Assembly (NCBI GenBank): GCA_021432655.1
Contig: MU271242.1
Span: forward strand, 1 to 64,000
DNA from: Atractiella rhizophila
Lineage: Eukaryota
DNA length: 64,000 nucleotides
Direction: 5' to 3'
A program made the translations under genes and the position numbers. Every line of letters starts with the position of its first letter. Within the stretch, counting starts at the first letter, position 1. Shown in pieces: positions 51,091 to 64,000 of the stretch. Below the pieces are notes generated by a model, which saw only the letters and a program-made list of their open reading frames with translations, searched no databases and was not told the origin of the DNA.

Positions 51091-54000
51091 TCACGACGTT
51101 GATAAATCTATAAATCTAAAAGCTTGTTCCCGGAAGTCTTGAATAAATTGTCTAATCCCATCGTCATCTAGAATGTTGCTGTTACAATTAATCGCGCATC
51201 CAATTTGATCCTTGGAGGCGTCAATAATGATATCTAGCGAAAAATCGTCCTAGAGGAGGGTTTTCAGGTTATTCAAAGGCATGGACGGGCAACGTACACG
51301 CATAAAAGCCGAGGTACGCCTGGCGTTCTCCACATATGAAGGACCAATGTTTTTCGGCACGTAAAGAAAATGGTCGAACTACACGTTCATCAGTTTGAAC
51401 GCGGAGATGGTCCATTGAACTCACCTCAACTGGTTGCAACAGGTAATCATCGGCTACATCCCGAGATGACTTGTTGACCCTTACTAGATTCACCATGGTG
51501 TTAGTGAGAGTGACTTTTTCATCCCATTCCCAGACTTGAGCGATGTCCCGATGAGCGCTCTGTTCGAAGTCCACCAATGTCTCCAGAGTTCGAGATATGT
51601 TGACAGCAAGCTCCTCAGTTCCAAGTTGCTGAACCTGGTTGACGACTAAAGGTAAGACGTTGAGGGTCGGGCCGGCCAGACGATCCAAAGAATAGGTCGA
51701 TGTCACAACAGCAGAAGATCGTCCAGAAGTGTACAATCCAAAAACAGCTTGCTGCTGAGGCTCAGCAGTCGAGGCGGAACGTTTTTCAACACTAATCTTG
51801 CACAAAACACCCAAAAGGAACGCGGGTAAAGAAATATGAAGAGAATCGAGAGTACGTTGAAGCTGTCGCAGACCCGGTATGGCGGCGGGCTCGGAGACGA
51901 AACGCCTGGTAGCACCATCTAGTCTGTTACCTTCCTTGAGGGGCCAACAGGAAGGAGCAATGGGTTGTTGCGAACGCCAAAACTTTAGGAAAGCGGGGTC
52001 CTGAGACGGCAGTCTAGCTGTTGTTATAAATGATCGATAATTAACATCCGACTCTGGTTGTTCTCCTCGGTAGATCGCGACGAAGTCTTCCATTATTATA
52101 GGCAAGCTGAACGCATCTGTGATCCAAATTGCTGTCGGTACCAAGCCACGTTATCAAGGAGAAACATACCGTAAAGTGAATGAAGCAGCTTGAATGCCAC
52201 ATAGTAAATACCTTGGTCCGATCGCAGCACCCTAAATTCAGCTCCTGGTTGCGTGGCATCAAAGCATTCTTCAGCCCAGTCGTAAATAAACCTCGTCAAA
52301 AACCCTTCTCTCGGGGACAATTCCAGAATATTTGCCACATTGGCCGACTGGAAACGCAGAACAAGGTGTTGCACATCACCCGAAGAGGTTGCCCATGGAA
52401 CAGAACGAAGAAGTTGGTGTCGTTGAATCAAGCTGTCCCAAGCTGCAAACAACTGTGAGGGGATGACAGATTCATTGCACCTCCAGACGAAAATGTTGTG
52501 GAAACGAGAACGGCCAGAATCAAGCCATTTCTCGAGGAGAAAGGTCTGGCCGGAACTCAAGGGGAGAACAGTTTCCAAGTTGGGGAGGAGACTTGTAGGA
52601 AAGGTACTATCATGCAAACTTGGGGTGGTCATTGAAGTACCATCTGTCGTACCGCTGGAGTCGTCAGAAAGAGGGGATTCGGACTGAGGAATTGATGGTC
52701 CGCTGAAGTTTGATGGAGGGAGAAGTTCCAAAAGGTCACCCACCGTCTGGCATTTGATTATCTTGCTGGCGGGAAGGAAAAGTTGGCTACGGCGCGCCAG
52801 TCCAGAAAGTCGAATTGCTGTGATCGAATCCAAACCTAGCGAGCTGAGAAACTGTCCTTCCGAAATAGAACTCTCCTCGACTTGAAGCATTTGTGAAAGC
52901 AAGTGAAAAAGTTTGAGAGCCTGCACAGACCATTGAGTAGATCTAGAAGAGCAGTCGGTATGACCATTCAAGCCTGGCCGTATGACCTGAAACAGGGGTC
53001 CTTGGAAGGTCAGCCTTGGTTTGGATAACGCTTGAGCTGTACGAATGAGAGAGGAATCCAAAAACGTCAAAATCTCCTCCAGTTCTCCGGAGCTGAAGAC
53101 TGAACCATTCGACGTAAGCAAAAAGCGGATGCGTTCTCCTTCTTGCAACATTTCGAAGTTGAGAGAATACTGTACAAACGTTAGAGTTTATAAGAAATTG
53201 TAGATGTGCTCACTTGAGTACCAGGAGCAGCCGGACCGTCTGGGTTTTTTAGTTTCCAAAACGAGGTAGGAGCTACTTCTTCATTCTCGACCATAAATGT
53301 ATATAGGCAATCGAACAAGGCACCGCGGCCCAACCTTGTTTGGATTCTTTGCAAACTCGTACATTGACGAGCGAGGGAAGTGATGTTCCGTTCATGGATT
53401 GCTTGCAGACGACTACGAGGATCGCTACTAGTACCAGCGCGTACCCTTTCGCGGCGAACAATGGTGTTCTATGAAATATAGACGATCACGGGTGTATACG
53501 CGAAAAAGACACTACACTCACGAATACAGGGCCAAAAGCGTCGGCATGCTCAACCCGGAAAGATCCACCCCTGCCCGAAATAATTTGACCAAAGACGACG
53601 TCATCAAGTCCAGTGATGGCTTGTAACATGAGAGCACAAAGAAACTGGCCCACAGAGTCCAATGTGATGCCCAACTCCCGAGTGATGTTTCCAATTTCAG
53701 AGCTGGAAACTGAAGCGATCGTCGCTGCAGATGAAGTGACTTCCATGGAGTCTATGCGATCCTTCTGGAACTTGATGATAGGCGCGTCTTGCAATTGTTG
53801 CACCCAATACTCCAAGCTTGAATCTTGTAGTTCGTAAATCGCCCAAGCGGTTGGGGCGAACGATGTTAGACGGGGGACTTTCACATTCGAACAGAAGGCT
53901 GCGAGATAGGATAAGAGGACCTGAAGCGAGGAGGCATCGTAGAGAGCATGATGGATAGTAAGAGTGACTGAAAATTCCTGACACTGAGCTCGCCAAACAA

Positions 54001-57000
54001 CAGGAGGCCTCCTAAACGCCTCTTCGTCGTGGTACAGACTATCAATTTCCTCGATACCTTCCGACCACCTAAAAAGCGACCCAGGCGGATGAATGACTTG
54101 CACCCATTCTCCGGTCGATATCGCGTAGGCGAAAGAAGTACGAAGGATATCAGCATCATCTGTTAGTGACTTGCAGGCTCGCTGGAAGATTCGGAGTTCT
54201 TGCTCGTTGGACATGGAGAACTTGAATTGATTGACATAGAGGTTGGTGCCCGATGCAATAGTCTCTAGCGGCGTCAGCACAGAACGCATTGAGAAAATCT
54301 ATTCTTACCTGCGATAACATCCCAGATTGAAGCGGCGTGGCTGGCGCAATCTGTACGCAATCCGGTCCATTGACGGTCACCCAATCCGGAAGATCTGTGG
54401 CGATCCGCGAAAGCCATTCTTGCCTATCGGTGGCTTGTACCTCAGATTTCGGCGTCTGACTAGCCAGGAACCGGGCCAGTTTCTCAATGCTAGAATGGGC
54501 TAACAGGTCAGAAGCGGAAATTTGCAAGCCTGCCTTCCTAAGGTCCTTTGAAAGGGTCAAACTCCCAATTGAATCGAGGCCGTAACGAATCAGGTCTTCT
54601 TCCGGTCGAATGAACCGTGCAGTCTCTCCTAAAAATGCGCGAACCAAAGGAATGATGATGTCTATATGATCTTGCAGATCGTCCTGAAGGATATTGACTC
54701 CAAAGGCTGCATTGGGAGCAGATACTTGCATGGGGTTGCTGTCAGAGTCTCCAATATTTAGAAGCAGTAGGTTCTTCAGAGAATTTTCGAGATGCCAAAG
54801 AAAATCTGATGCAACTTTTCCATCCCATCCTGAAGGATCGTAAACGATATGCCATATAACCTGATTTTGAACTTCATCGATAACTAGTTCCACTGCCAAT
54901 GGATACTATGCATTAATTAGCTTCATCCAGTATACCCATCACTATGACTCACATCTGGAGTCCTATCTTCTTCCAAAGGTATTTCAGACCAAATCGATGC
55001 ATCGAGTGGACGGGGAGAGGAGATGACCGAGAATACAGCATGGAAAAGGTCACGCCGACCTAGAGCCTGTTGAATAGACGAAAGCGTCGTCTGCTCACGG
55101 CTCATCACATTGTTCAGGCTGTCCTGACATTGCTGAGTCAATGAAGCCACGTCACTAGAACTGCGTGAGAAGCGAAAAGGTAGGATGCTCATGGTAGGAG
55201 CTATGGAATTTTCGATGTTATCGAGTGGGAGGGAGCGTCCAGCTCTGATAACCTGTTGAAGTTCTCAATCAGAAACGGACAATCACATAGTCGCGCTTAC
55301 GCCATAGACGACATCATGCCGTTTTTCATACCAGGTTAAAGTCAGTCCGAACGCGGTTTGAGCTAAGGCTTGCATGGTAATGGAGAGGGTCTTCGACAGT
55401 CTTAAAATCGTCAGCAAATGAGTTCTGCAAATCGGAGTACCAATACCTCTCCATATCCCCCCTTGTGACGGAACTGTTGAGTGTTAACTCTTTGGCTGCC
55501 GATGAGGACTTGGCCACTCTCTGACTCCGGAAGTCAAAGTCCCCTAACCACTGGATCCAGAAACCAGAATCGATCGGGTGCAGAGCGACCTCGCGAAGTA
55601 TATCACAGAGTCGCGAACTGTGCCCATTCTTCCGCCCTCTGAAGTTTGTCTCGAAACTTTCCAGCAGCAAGCGAATAGACACGGCGTCGTAAAGGCTGTG
55701 ATGGATACTAAGAGCCAAAATCACCTGTCTTGAAGTCTGGCTGCTCAACAGAGATAGACGGTAAGGGGGACGATCCTCCGAATGGACGATATCATCAGCC
55801 CATCGGTCTGAAAGGCCAGAGACCAACTTGAGCGCAAAGTGCTGGTCTGTTGGATCGAAGACACCTCGCTCGAACGAAACGGGGACATGTTCCGGTTTCA
55901 GGACAACCTGGATGAGGCGTCGTCGCACCAAGTGAACCAGCCTGTAATCGATCTAAGCCTGAAACAGCAAGCCGAGCGAACACACGCACCGTAGAATTTC
56001 ATGTTCTCCAACCATCTTCCTCCAACATTGCTCCAGTTTCTCCGCATCGACATCCTCAGATAGCCGGAATAAAAAGTGATTGACGTAAAGTTTCGGGTCT
56101 TCAAGAGCTCGAAACACAACGCCTTCTTGCATAGTGAAAGCAGGGAGCACATCTTCATATTGTTCCGGCGCAAACAGCTTGCCAACCTCAGGTTCCCAAT
56201 GATCGCGGAAATCCTTGAGGGGATCCTTTCGAAAGGTGGAAAGTTTGTCCGCTGGCTGTTGGAGTAACGCTGTTACACCAGATAAAGTGGGATTTGAAAG
56301 GACTTGTCGAATTGTGATTGGTGTATTGAAACGGTTGCGCAGAGCGGATGTCAGTCGAACTAGAGTTGCAGAATCGTAGCCAAGTTCAAAGAGATGAGCT
56401 TCAGATGGCACGTTCTGAACTTCTAACTTCATCTGATGAGCAATGAGCTGCTGAATCTGCAACCCGATACTTCCTAGAGTTTCGGATGGGCGAGCTGATA
56501 GGACTGCGTTGATAGTGACATCATGAAGGTTTCGCAGCAACTTCAAGTCAACTTTCCCAGTAGCACCCAAGGGAAGCGCATCAATGTGTAACACTCGTGA
56601 TGGCCGCATATAGGATGGCAAGACCTCTTCAGCTGTATGGACGACTCGTTTGCAGACGTCATCGTTGTGCGAAAGTACGATTGGCCTGTCGCATGTTGAG
56701 GCCGATTGTCCTGCTTTTGCAACAAAGACAGTTAGCGATTTCGCCTTTCCTTTCTCGAAGATAGGCACAGTCGCGATGTTGTACTGGTAGTCCAGGACTT
56801 TCTTGAGTTTTTGGGATATGCCTTCTGGTTCGATGCGAACGCCACGAATCTACATCCTAGTTAGACTGTCTTGGATCGTATCAGATACATACCTTGATCT
56901 GAGAGTCACGCCTGCCTAATATTTCAATTGTATCGTCTGGCATTACACGCACTACGGCAAGATCAAACAAACAATCGCGCTAAAGTGCTAAAGTGAAGAC

Positions 57001-60000
57001 AAACCAATATCTCCCGTCTTGTATGACCTAAGCCCTTTAACTGGCCAATTGTCCAGGAAAGACCTCTTCGTTTGATCTTCTAGTCTGTGATAACCTCGTC
57101 CAACTAGGGGTCCAGTAACTACCAGTTCCCCCGCCTGTCCTCGCAGAACACATTGCAGATCGTCGTCTACAATCCAGCCCTGACATGCTGGAAACAACTG
57201 CCCAACGTTAGACGGCTGTGAATTCACCTTCATCCGTCCACCCGAGACTCCAATTCTTTGCTGAATGAGCACAACGTCCCATGCAGGAGAGAAAGGACAT
57301 ACGTGGCTTCAGCCGGACCAAAAAAGTTCATCAAAGTAGACTTGTCAGCCCATCGCTCCAATAGCTAGAAACCAATGCATCAGATAATGACCGATGGACT
57401 ACTTTCTAATTTACCGTGTCAGTGATTCTTTCCCCTCCACTTGCCACGAATTTGATATCCAACGGTGTTTCAGGTTCACCTATTGCTCCCTCGAACAGCG
57501 ATGGCACTAAGCTGACATGGGTGATTTTGTGCCTGCGAATAAATCCTTCGAGGTCGTTGAGGATGAAGGTTCTGTCCGCCGTTGACACTCGAATTCCGAG
57601 CCTCCAAGCGACAAATGTCTGTTGCCTAAATTGAGCCATAGGCTGTTAGAGTAGTTCACCACAAACCTCGCAGAGGTGAACGTCGAAGGCGAGAGCTGCA
57701 AGTCATGTTAGTTGGCATTCCAAAGGGTCAGACAAAAATGCTTTACAAGTCAGTCCCATATACTTGTCGTGATCGGGATTAGTGAAATGTTCAGCATGTT
57801 GACTGATACCAACAATGGCGTGGTAGAGTCCATCGTGATTCAACAAGCATCCTTTCGGGTTTCCTGTTGAACCTATTGGCAATACTTAATCCGTGCTCGT
57901 TCGGTCAAGCGAGGCATACCAGACGTATAGAGTAGGAACGCCAACGATCTGAGATCGTAAGTGCCGCTGTCGAATGGTTGGGTCGGGTATTGGTCTACTG
58001 CTGCAGAAAGGTCGTTATCTAGAAGGAGTACTTCGCACCCATCTCGCTGAAGTTGATCGGAAAACTCTGAGGTGGTGATAACCAGAGAGGATTGACTGTC
58101 AGAAAGAATGTATTGTTTTCTTTCCATGGGCACTTCCGTTGCGACCTAGAGAAATAATTCAGTACTAGTTTGCGATTCCAAGAATCTGTAATCGTACCGG
58201 GACATAGCAGCCCTTTGCCTTCATGACGGCGAGCAGTGCAACATGGAACATGGTCGTCCTGTGCATGCAGATCGCCACTTTCTCTTCCTCTTTAATCTTC
58301 TTCACCTGAGCAAGAAACCTAGCGAATTGATTAGATCGGTTTTCCAATTGCAAGTAAGTCAGGTATTCCATGCTCCCATCCCTTTCGTTCTCGACCTCTA
58401 CAGCGATAGCATCTGGTCTCTCCTTTGCATGCTTCGAGACCCATTCATGAGACATGAATGCTGGTATATCGTTGAAATCTGGTCTTCCGAAAACAGAGAG
58501 GAGGTCTCGAGGAAACGAATTTTTCAAGAGTGAGTCGCCCAGAAGACTGTCAGGCTTGGAAACGATGTGAGAGAGCAAGCCGTCGATTTGGTCCATCAAA
58601 ATTTTTGCAGAATTCTCTGAGAAGTAATGCGAATCCGCCGTGAGTTCGATGACCATGTATCCATCATCATCTCCTTGAATATCCACCGCAACCTGATGTT
58701 CGACGTCGACGTTCTCGTTGATAGCCTCTCGAATCCATCTCTTCCAAGTTACTTTCTTCTTCTCCTCAGCAGAACCACTCTGGAATACGAAGATGGTACT
58801 GAATACCGCTTGGTCCTTCAAGCCAAGGATCTTTCGAATGGTGGCTGGTTCGACAAATTGGAACTCCCAGTCTTCGCTCTGTGCCCCCTCTACCTCCTTC
58901 ACAAGGTCTCCCCATTTCATCTTGCCCTTCCCAACAGCATCTACTCGCAACGGAACTGTCGTGATTAAGGGACCCATGATGTCTTCAGCTCCTCCTCCAA
59001 TTCTCCCATTCAAGACTTCTCCAACCACAAAATCTTTCGTGCCAGCATAAGCACCGACGCAGTAAGCGGTAGCCACAGCAGCTGGAGCTCGAAAACTGGC
59101 GAAGCCAGCCGACGAGCAAAGAGATTTGATCTCGCCCTCCGGAATCGAGAATCGTCTTTGAAGGATGTGAAATCTCTTGGGACCCTTGAGCCGCGTCTCG
59201 CTGAGATCTGGGAGCGCTTGGGGCTCGTAACCAACTAGTCGTTTCATCCAGTGAGAATGAAAGTCGAGCTTCTCGTTCTCTTGCAATATTCGCTCCGAGG
59301 TCGAGAAAAATTCTTGCCGCTCTCCATCTTTTCTCGCTAGGTCACCCTCATATTCCCTCTGCACCTCTTCTTCCAAAAGCTCGATTGTTCGACCATCGTA
59401 CAAGGAGTGATGCGCAGAAAACATAATCACCCAACTCCCCTCCTGCTCCCAGCATGACAAATACACCGGCGGTTTCCGGAGCTCAGATTGCGATATCTCT
59501 TTCTCTATCTCTTCCCTCTGCTCAGAAACTCCCCATTCCATCTCGAACTTGTTCAAGACGACCATTGCATAAGAGTCTCGCTCGAATCGTTCGCCTAAGT
59601 CTTCAGCCGGTACGAAGGCGGTCCTCCATATCTTGTGCTTCCCAAGTACAGACATCCATGCGGCTTTCATCTGTTGCACGCCGACATCTGGTTCGAGAAT
59701 ATATTTCCAGTGCCTGACATACGCACTCTCACCCGCTGAGAGAGTGGCAAAGATCATACCACTCTGAAGTGGAGAGGCACGATAGACCCCATCTATCTGG
59801 TTCGGCTCAACACCCAATTGTTTTGCGACTCTCTCGATGACGGATGCGGGAGTGGGCGGTAGGACGAAGTCATTGTCTGGTCTCGAAAGGTGTACGACCC
59901 GTGAGGCTATGCTTTTCAGAGTCGGAGAACGGAGAATGTCGAGCGGGGAGATCTGGAGGGAGGAGTTTCGTAACGCGCTAGAGAAACGGACGGCGGAGAG

Positions 60001-62580
60001 CTATTCATGACATGTCAGGTCAGTATTGGTGGTGAAAATGAGGGAGGACGCACGGAGTCGAGACCATATGTTGTGATGAGATTGGAGTTCAAGCCAACTT
60101 GGTCCGACGCACCAATTCTAAGCAGTTTCCCGAGGACCTGTTCGACTTGTTGCTCCCTCAATGTCTTGAGCTCCTTCATCGCCCCAACGATAGCATCCAC
60201 GCCTTTGGATGCCTTTAAAGCGTCCACATCTACCATCCATCCCCTCTCTTCTAGCAACTCCCTCGCCTTCTCAGCCTGGATTTGCAAGGCGTCAAGCCCT
60301 CCAAGGACATCTACCACCTCCATCACCGCCCTTTCCTTCCCATCCTGCTCCTCAATCGAGTTCCTCCACTTCCCCAAGTCAAACTTCTCGAACTCGGCCC
60401 TGATCCTTCCCTTCTCCAACTTCCCATTGAGCAGATTGACTGGCCATCTGGGCACGATCATAGGGATTGGTCGCATGTTGAGAGGCAATTTGTCCGCTGC
60501 ACTCTTTCGCATCTCCTTGGCCTTCTCCCTCGCTTTGTCATCCGTACGAAACAAGGTCTTCTCTTCTCCTTCCACCCTTACAATGGTGACTAGGTACGGG
60601 AGGTCGTCCTCGCCCAAACTCGGATGTAGCAGCTGCATCGTCACGCCCTCCTCTTCCTTCCTACTATTGCCACCATCACCACCTAAGACTGCTCTAGTGA
60701 TCTCACTGAGCTCTATCCGCACCCCGTTCCGCTTCACCTGTTCGTCCCCCCTTCCCCTAACCTCCAAACTGCCATCGGGCAAAACAACACCCCTGTCACC
60801 AGTCCGATAAAGTCTTCCAAACACCGCATGCTCGAAGAAAGCGCGCTCCGTCGTCGTTGGAAGGTTGAGGTATCCGCGCGCGAGTTGGTGTCCGCCGAGG
60901 ACGATCTCGCCTACACACCCGCGGAGGAGAGGTAAATCCTGCGAGGGAGTACTAGAGGGAGGCGGGAAGATGAAGATGCTCGTTGGAGCGAAGGGATGGC
61001 CGACGTTGGATGCGTGCGTGGTGGAGTGCACGAGGCGAGAGGTGCATTGGATAGCGGCTTCGGTGGGACCGAAGAAATTGATGAGTTCCTTCAATGTGTT
61101 CGATCCTTCAGATCGTTCGGATGGAGAGGGAGAGGAAGCATAAGCCTCGATGACTCTCTTCGTGATCATCTCCCCAATTGTGCTCTTGATCCTCACACCT
61201 TTCAACAAACTCGGATCAAGCATGGCCAACCTAGTGGGCGTGGCCTCGATCATGTCGACCTCCAATCGCTCGACGTACCGTTCAAAGTCCGGGCTAGGGG
61301 AGAGGGCAATGGATCTGGAGAGGGAGCAGATGGTCTTGGAGTGGAGGAGGGGGTAGAAGACCTCGAACATGCTAACGTCGAACGTGAGCGGGATGTGAGC
61401 GAGTACGCGTTCGGGGCCTTGAATCTCCTTTTCGTTTTGATCATCGTTGGAGGAAGGAGAGGAGTGGGAGAAGGGATGAGAGAGGAGGGATGCGGCGACT
61501 GCCTTGTGAGGAAGCAAGACACCCTTTGGGTTTCCAGTCGTCCCACTGGTATACAAGCAATAAGCCAAATCGTCTTCCTCCCTCTTCACGTCCGTCCACT
61601 CCTCCAATTCCACCTCCCTTCCGTCCTCCGCAAACTCTAAGTCCTCAACGAACAACCACTCCCACCCCTCCCTCTTCCCACCCGCCTCCTCAAATTCCTT
61701 CACCTTCGCCTTCGAACAAACCACCCTCTTTGCTCCAGTATCCTTCATCATATACTCCACTCTACTCGCCGGAGTTCCCACCGCGAGATCAGTCGGAAGG
61801 GGACAGAACGCGTTTCCGGACTTGAGGATTCCCAACATGGCGGGGTAGACGAATGGAGTATCGGAGTCGAGGAGGAGGGGAACGATTTGGTCGTGTATGT
61901 TTCTGGACGCGAGAGCGCGCGCGATGACCGTTGCATGGGAGGAGAGGACGGCGTAAGACCAGGTGAGGCTGGTGGTGGGGGAGAGCCAGACGAGCGCGGG
62001 ATGGGTGGGAGTGAGCGTGACAGAGCGGGAGAAGAGCGTGTGGAGGAGTAGGGGGATGGTACTGGACGGTGCCTGGGCCGGGTGGTTGATGATAGAGAGA
62101 CCGGTGGATGTGTCATTCTTGTTGGATGGATGGAGGAGGTGATTGATGAGCGTGCGGGAGTATTGTGGAGAGAAGGGAGAGGTGAGGGCGAGCGCGGTGG
62201 GAGTGTGCACAAAATGCAACGCGTGCTTTTTCTGCGTATCCGCCAGAATCCGTCATCAAATTTCTACTACATACAGAGAGAAAACGCACGTTCTGGATGA
62301 GCTCGACGGGAGAATGCGCGTCAAAGGAGAGGAACACGTTGGCCACATCCGATCTCTCACTCTCATCTCCAAACGCCTCCATCTTCCAACGCCCATCGCT
62401 TCCATCACCAACAGACAGCCAGAATCCACCTCCATCTTTGGCGGTGACTCCCCTCAAGAGCTCCTTCAGCCGTTCCTTGAGCTCTTCGACTGCGATCTCT
62501 CCATGGACGTCTTCGTTGGAGTACGACTCTAGATGGTCCTCTGTGAGAGTGTGAGGGAGTAGCCGTGGAAAGTAGGACAT
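51091..62580 (-). CDS. Hydroxamate (ferrichrome-type) siderophore NRPS, A-T-C-A-T-C-T-C-T-C
   Basis: A1 'YTSGTTGNPKG..FGPTEA..LYRTGD'; A2 'YTSG..KPKG..FGPAEA..SYKTGD..GKVD'; four carrier serines (GLDSL, GYDSA, GLDSI, GLDSI); condensation motifs HHSLYDG, HHSLYDA, HHALYDA and LHSLYD. Confidence 0.92.
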
Positions 62581-62666
62581 TGTAATATCTAATAGGATAC
62601 CTAGCAGAGTATAGCGAGTCTAGAGTAGGTGCTGAGAAAGAAAGGGGGAAAGGAAGGAAAGATGGA

Positions 62667-62751
62667 TGATAAATAATCGAGAGTTGTCGGAGCGGCTGAT
62701 ATTATCTGATAAACTCTATTTTCCTCCGTCCAATAGAAGTAAACTCACGTG
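62667..62751. promoter_or_regulatory. Iron-regulatory promoter motifs upstream of the NRPS
   Basis: ATCTGATAA at 62704-62712 within palindromic TTATCTGATAA; TGATAA at 62667-62672; CCAAT at 62730-62734; CACGTG at 62746-62751. Confidence 0.7.
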
Positions 62752-63022
62752 TCCGCTTCTTCATGTGATTTAACTCCGTTCAACATTTTATTCGGTATTC
62801 TTTTCTTTTTTTCCATGGTATTTTTTTTGGGTGTTGGCTTTTTTCTGTCTCATTTTGATGAATGATGCATGCGAGGGGCTAAAGTCGCTCTTCTGAGGGG
62901 CTAATTTCACCGAGAGGGTATCTGTTTGGAAACAGCGACATGAGCGACGCATAGCTCCCATCACCATTTATTATAAGCAGGGAAGCAGATTCAAGGCCGA
63001 ATTGAATGTAGAGACAGAAGCG

Positions 63023-64000
63023 ATGTCACTGGACATCACCTCCTACACACTCACAAACCCATCCATTGACATCTCCCCCACCTTCTTCACCACTCTCACC
63101 GTGCGCATACCCTCTGGTCCACTCAGCACCGAGGACCTATCATGGCTCATGTCGAGCGAGCAGTTGCAAGGTGTCTCCAAGAAGAAGGGAAAACACTTCC
63201 ACGCTTTCCATGCGCATCATTCCGCCCTAGACCGACGGGGGAAGGAAGGGCTGGCTGGATTGGGCATATCACCACTCTTGGACAGGGAGACGGGATACCT
63301 CCGTGCTCTGGCTTTGTCTAGCTCGCATCGAGCGATCTTCATCCGTTTCAATCCTTCACACACACAACGTCCTCCTCGAGATGGAGCATCATCCAAACAA
63401 TCCAACTCTAACCCCAACGGCAAGATGGACATCCTGCAAAACCTCCTCACCTCTCATCCGCTGTACACATTCGCAGGCGCCCGTATATGCCTCCTCCTTC
63501 TCCGCGACCTCTCCCTCCACAGCGCATTGATCGACCTCTCCACCCTCACCTTGACCCAAGACGACACCCTCGCCTTTCCGCTCCCTGAACCACCTCATCA
63601 AGTGCTCAAACGTCTATGGATCAAGATGAGCCTAGTCCAACTAGCCAAGCTGTGGTCGATCGATGACTATTCCGATCCTGCCGCAAATGCAGGAGGATGT
63701 GGAAATGAAGACGGAGGGACTGGCTCAGCCAACGTCATCCTCAGAGCCTGGCTATCCTACCGAGCAGCGAGCGAGATGTACATGCAGTCGCTGAGCGAGG
63801 GTGATGGAGATGGTACGGAGTGGGAGAGGGTAACCAGGCGTGTGCTTGACTCTAGGAGGTTGCCGAACGAACAGGGGTCGAAGAGGCAGGCGGGACCTAT
63901 CCTCGCCTTCTTCTTCGACGCCGTTCGCATTGCTGATCAACTGGAGGCTGCTAAGCCAGTGGCTTCCACCACTGATTTTGCACTCATGGATCAGGCGTTT
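63023..64000 (+). CDS. N-terminal part of a protein resembling fungal Upf1/DNA2-like SF1 helicases; runs off the right edge
   Basis: Frame open from ATG 63023 to the window end; 'LGISP..GYLRALALSS', 'LRAWLSY', 'RRVLDSRRL', 'QLEAAKP' resemble, from memory, N-termini of such helicases; the P-loop is not in the window. Confidence 0.5.
   Translation, partial: MSLDITSYTLTNPSIDISPTFFTTLTVRIPSGPLSTEDLSWLMSSEQLQGVSKKKGKHFHAFHAHHSALDRRGKEGLAGLGISPLLDRETGYLRALALSSSHRAIFIRFNPSHTQRPPRDGASSKQSNSNPNGKMDILQNLLTSHPLYTFAGARICLLLLRDLSLHSALIDLSTLTLTQDDTLAFPLPEPPHQVLKRLWIKMSLVQLAKLWSIDDYSDPAANAGGCGNEDGGTGSANVILRAWLSYRAASEMYMQSLSEGDGDGTEWERVTRRVLDSRRLPNEQGSKRQAGPILAFFFDAVRIADQLEAAKPVASTTDFALMDQAF

Noticed and set aside
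60007..61825. Long plus-strand ORFs opposite the NRPS (also antisense ORFs in TOM1 and AVL9)
   Set aside because: Antisense shadows of biased coding sequence with no motifs.
59800..62580. Compositional shift in NRPS module 1 as evidence of horizontal acquisition
   Set aside because: A similar CT-rich then GA-rich 5' pattern occurs in TOM1, QRI7 and the ABC gene, so it looks genome-typical.
63023..64000. Divergent gene as a siderophore transacylase or ornithine oxygenase
   Set aside because: No GNAT/AlcB or FAD-binding GxGxxG motif in 326 codons.

Overview
Gene-dense, intron-rich fungal (basidiomycete-like) genomic DNA with mostly 40-60 nt GT-AG introns and two N gaps. From left to right it holds: the 5' part of a Yor1-like ABCC transporter; a partial pyridoxal-reductase-type aldo-keto reductase (AKR) inside a 1.28 kb tandem duplication; an intron-containing tRNA-Gly(GCC); AVL9; a frame-broken hypothetical gene; three more AKR paralogues; an MFS transporter; SNF4; an NKAP-like gene; UTP18; a decayed ORF; a small Zn2Cys6 factor; QRI7; a small PY-motif membrane protein; UCH37; a TOM1/HUWE1 gene that stops before its HECT domain; a second tandem duplication of about 1.15 kb; a cyanamide-hydratase-like HD protein; a siderophore NRPS (A-T-C-A-T-C-T-C-T-C) with an ATCWGATAA iron box; and the start of a probable SF1 helicase. 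The most notable unexplained signals are three. (1) A non-coding segment at about 12.75-12.95 kb in which CCCTAACCCTAA is enclosed by a 10-bp helix and followed by a possible pseudoknot, a candidate telomerase RNA core. (2) A highly base-paired 710-nt first intron in TOM1. (3) The HECT-less TOM1 itself. All family calls come from motif recognition by eye, not from database searches.
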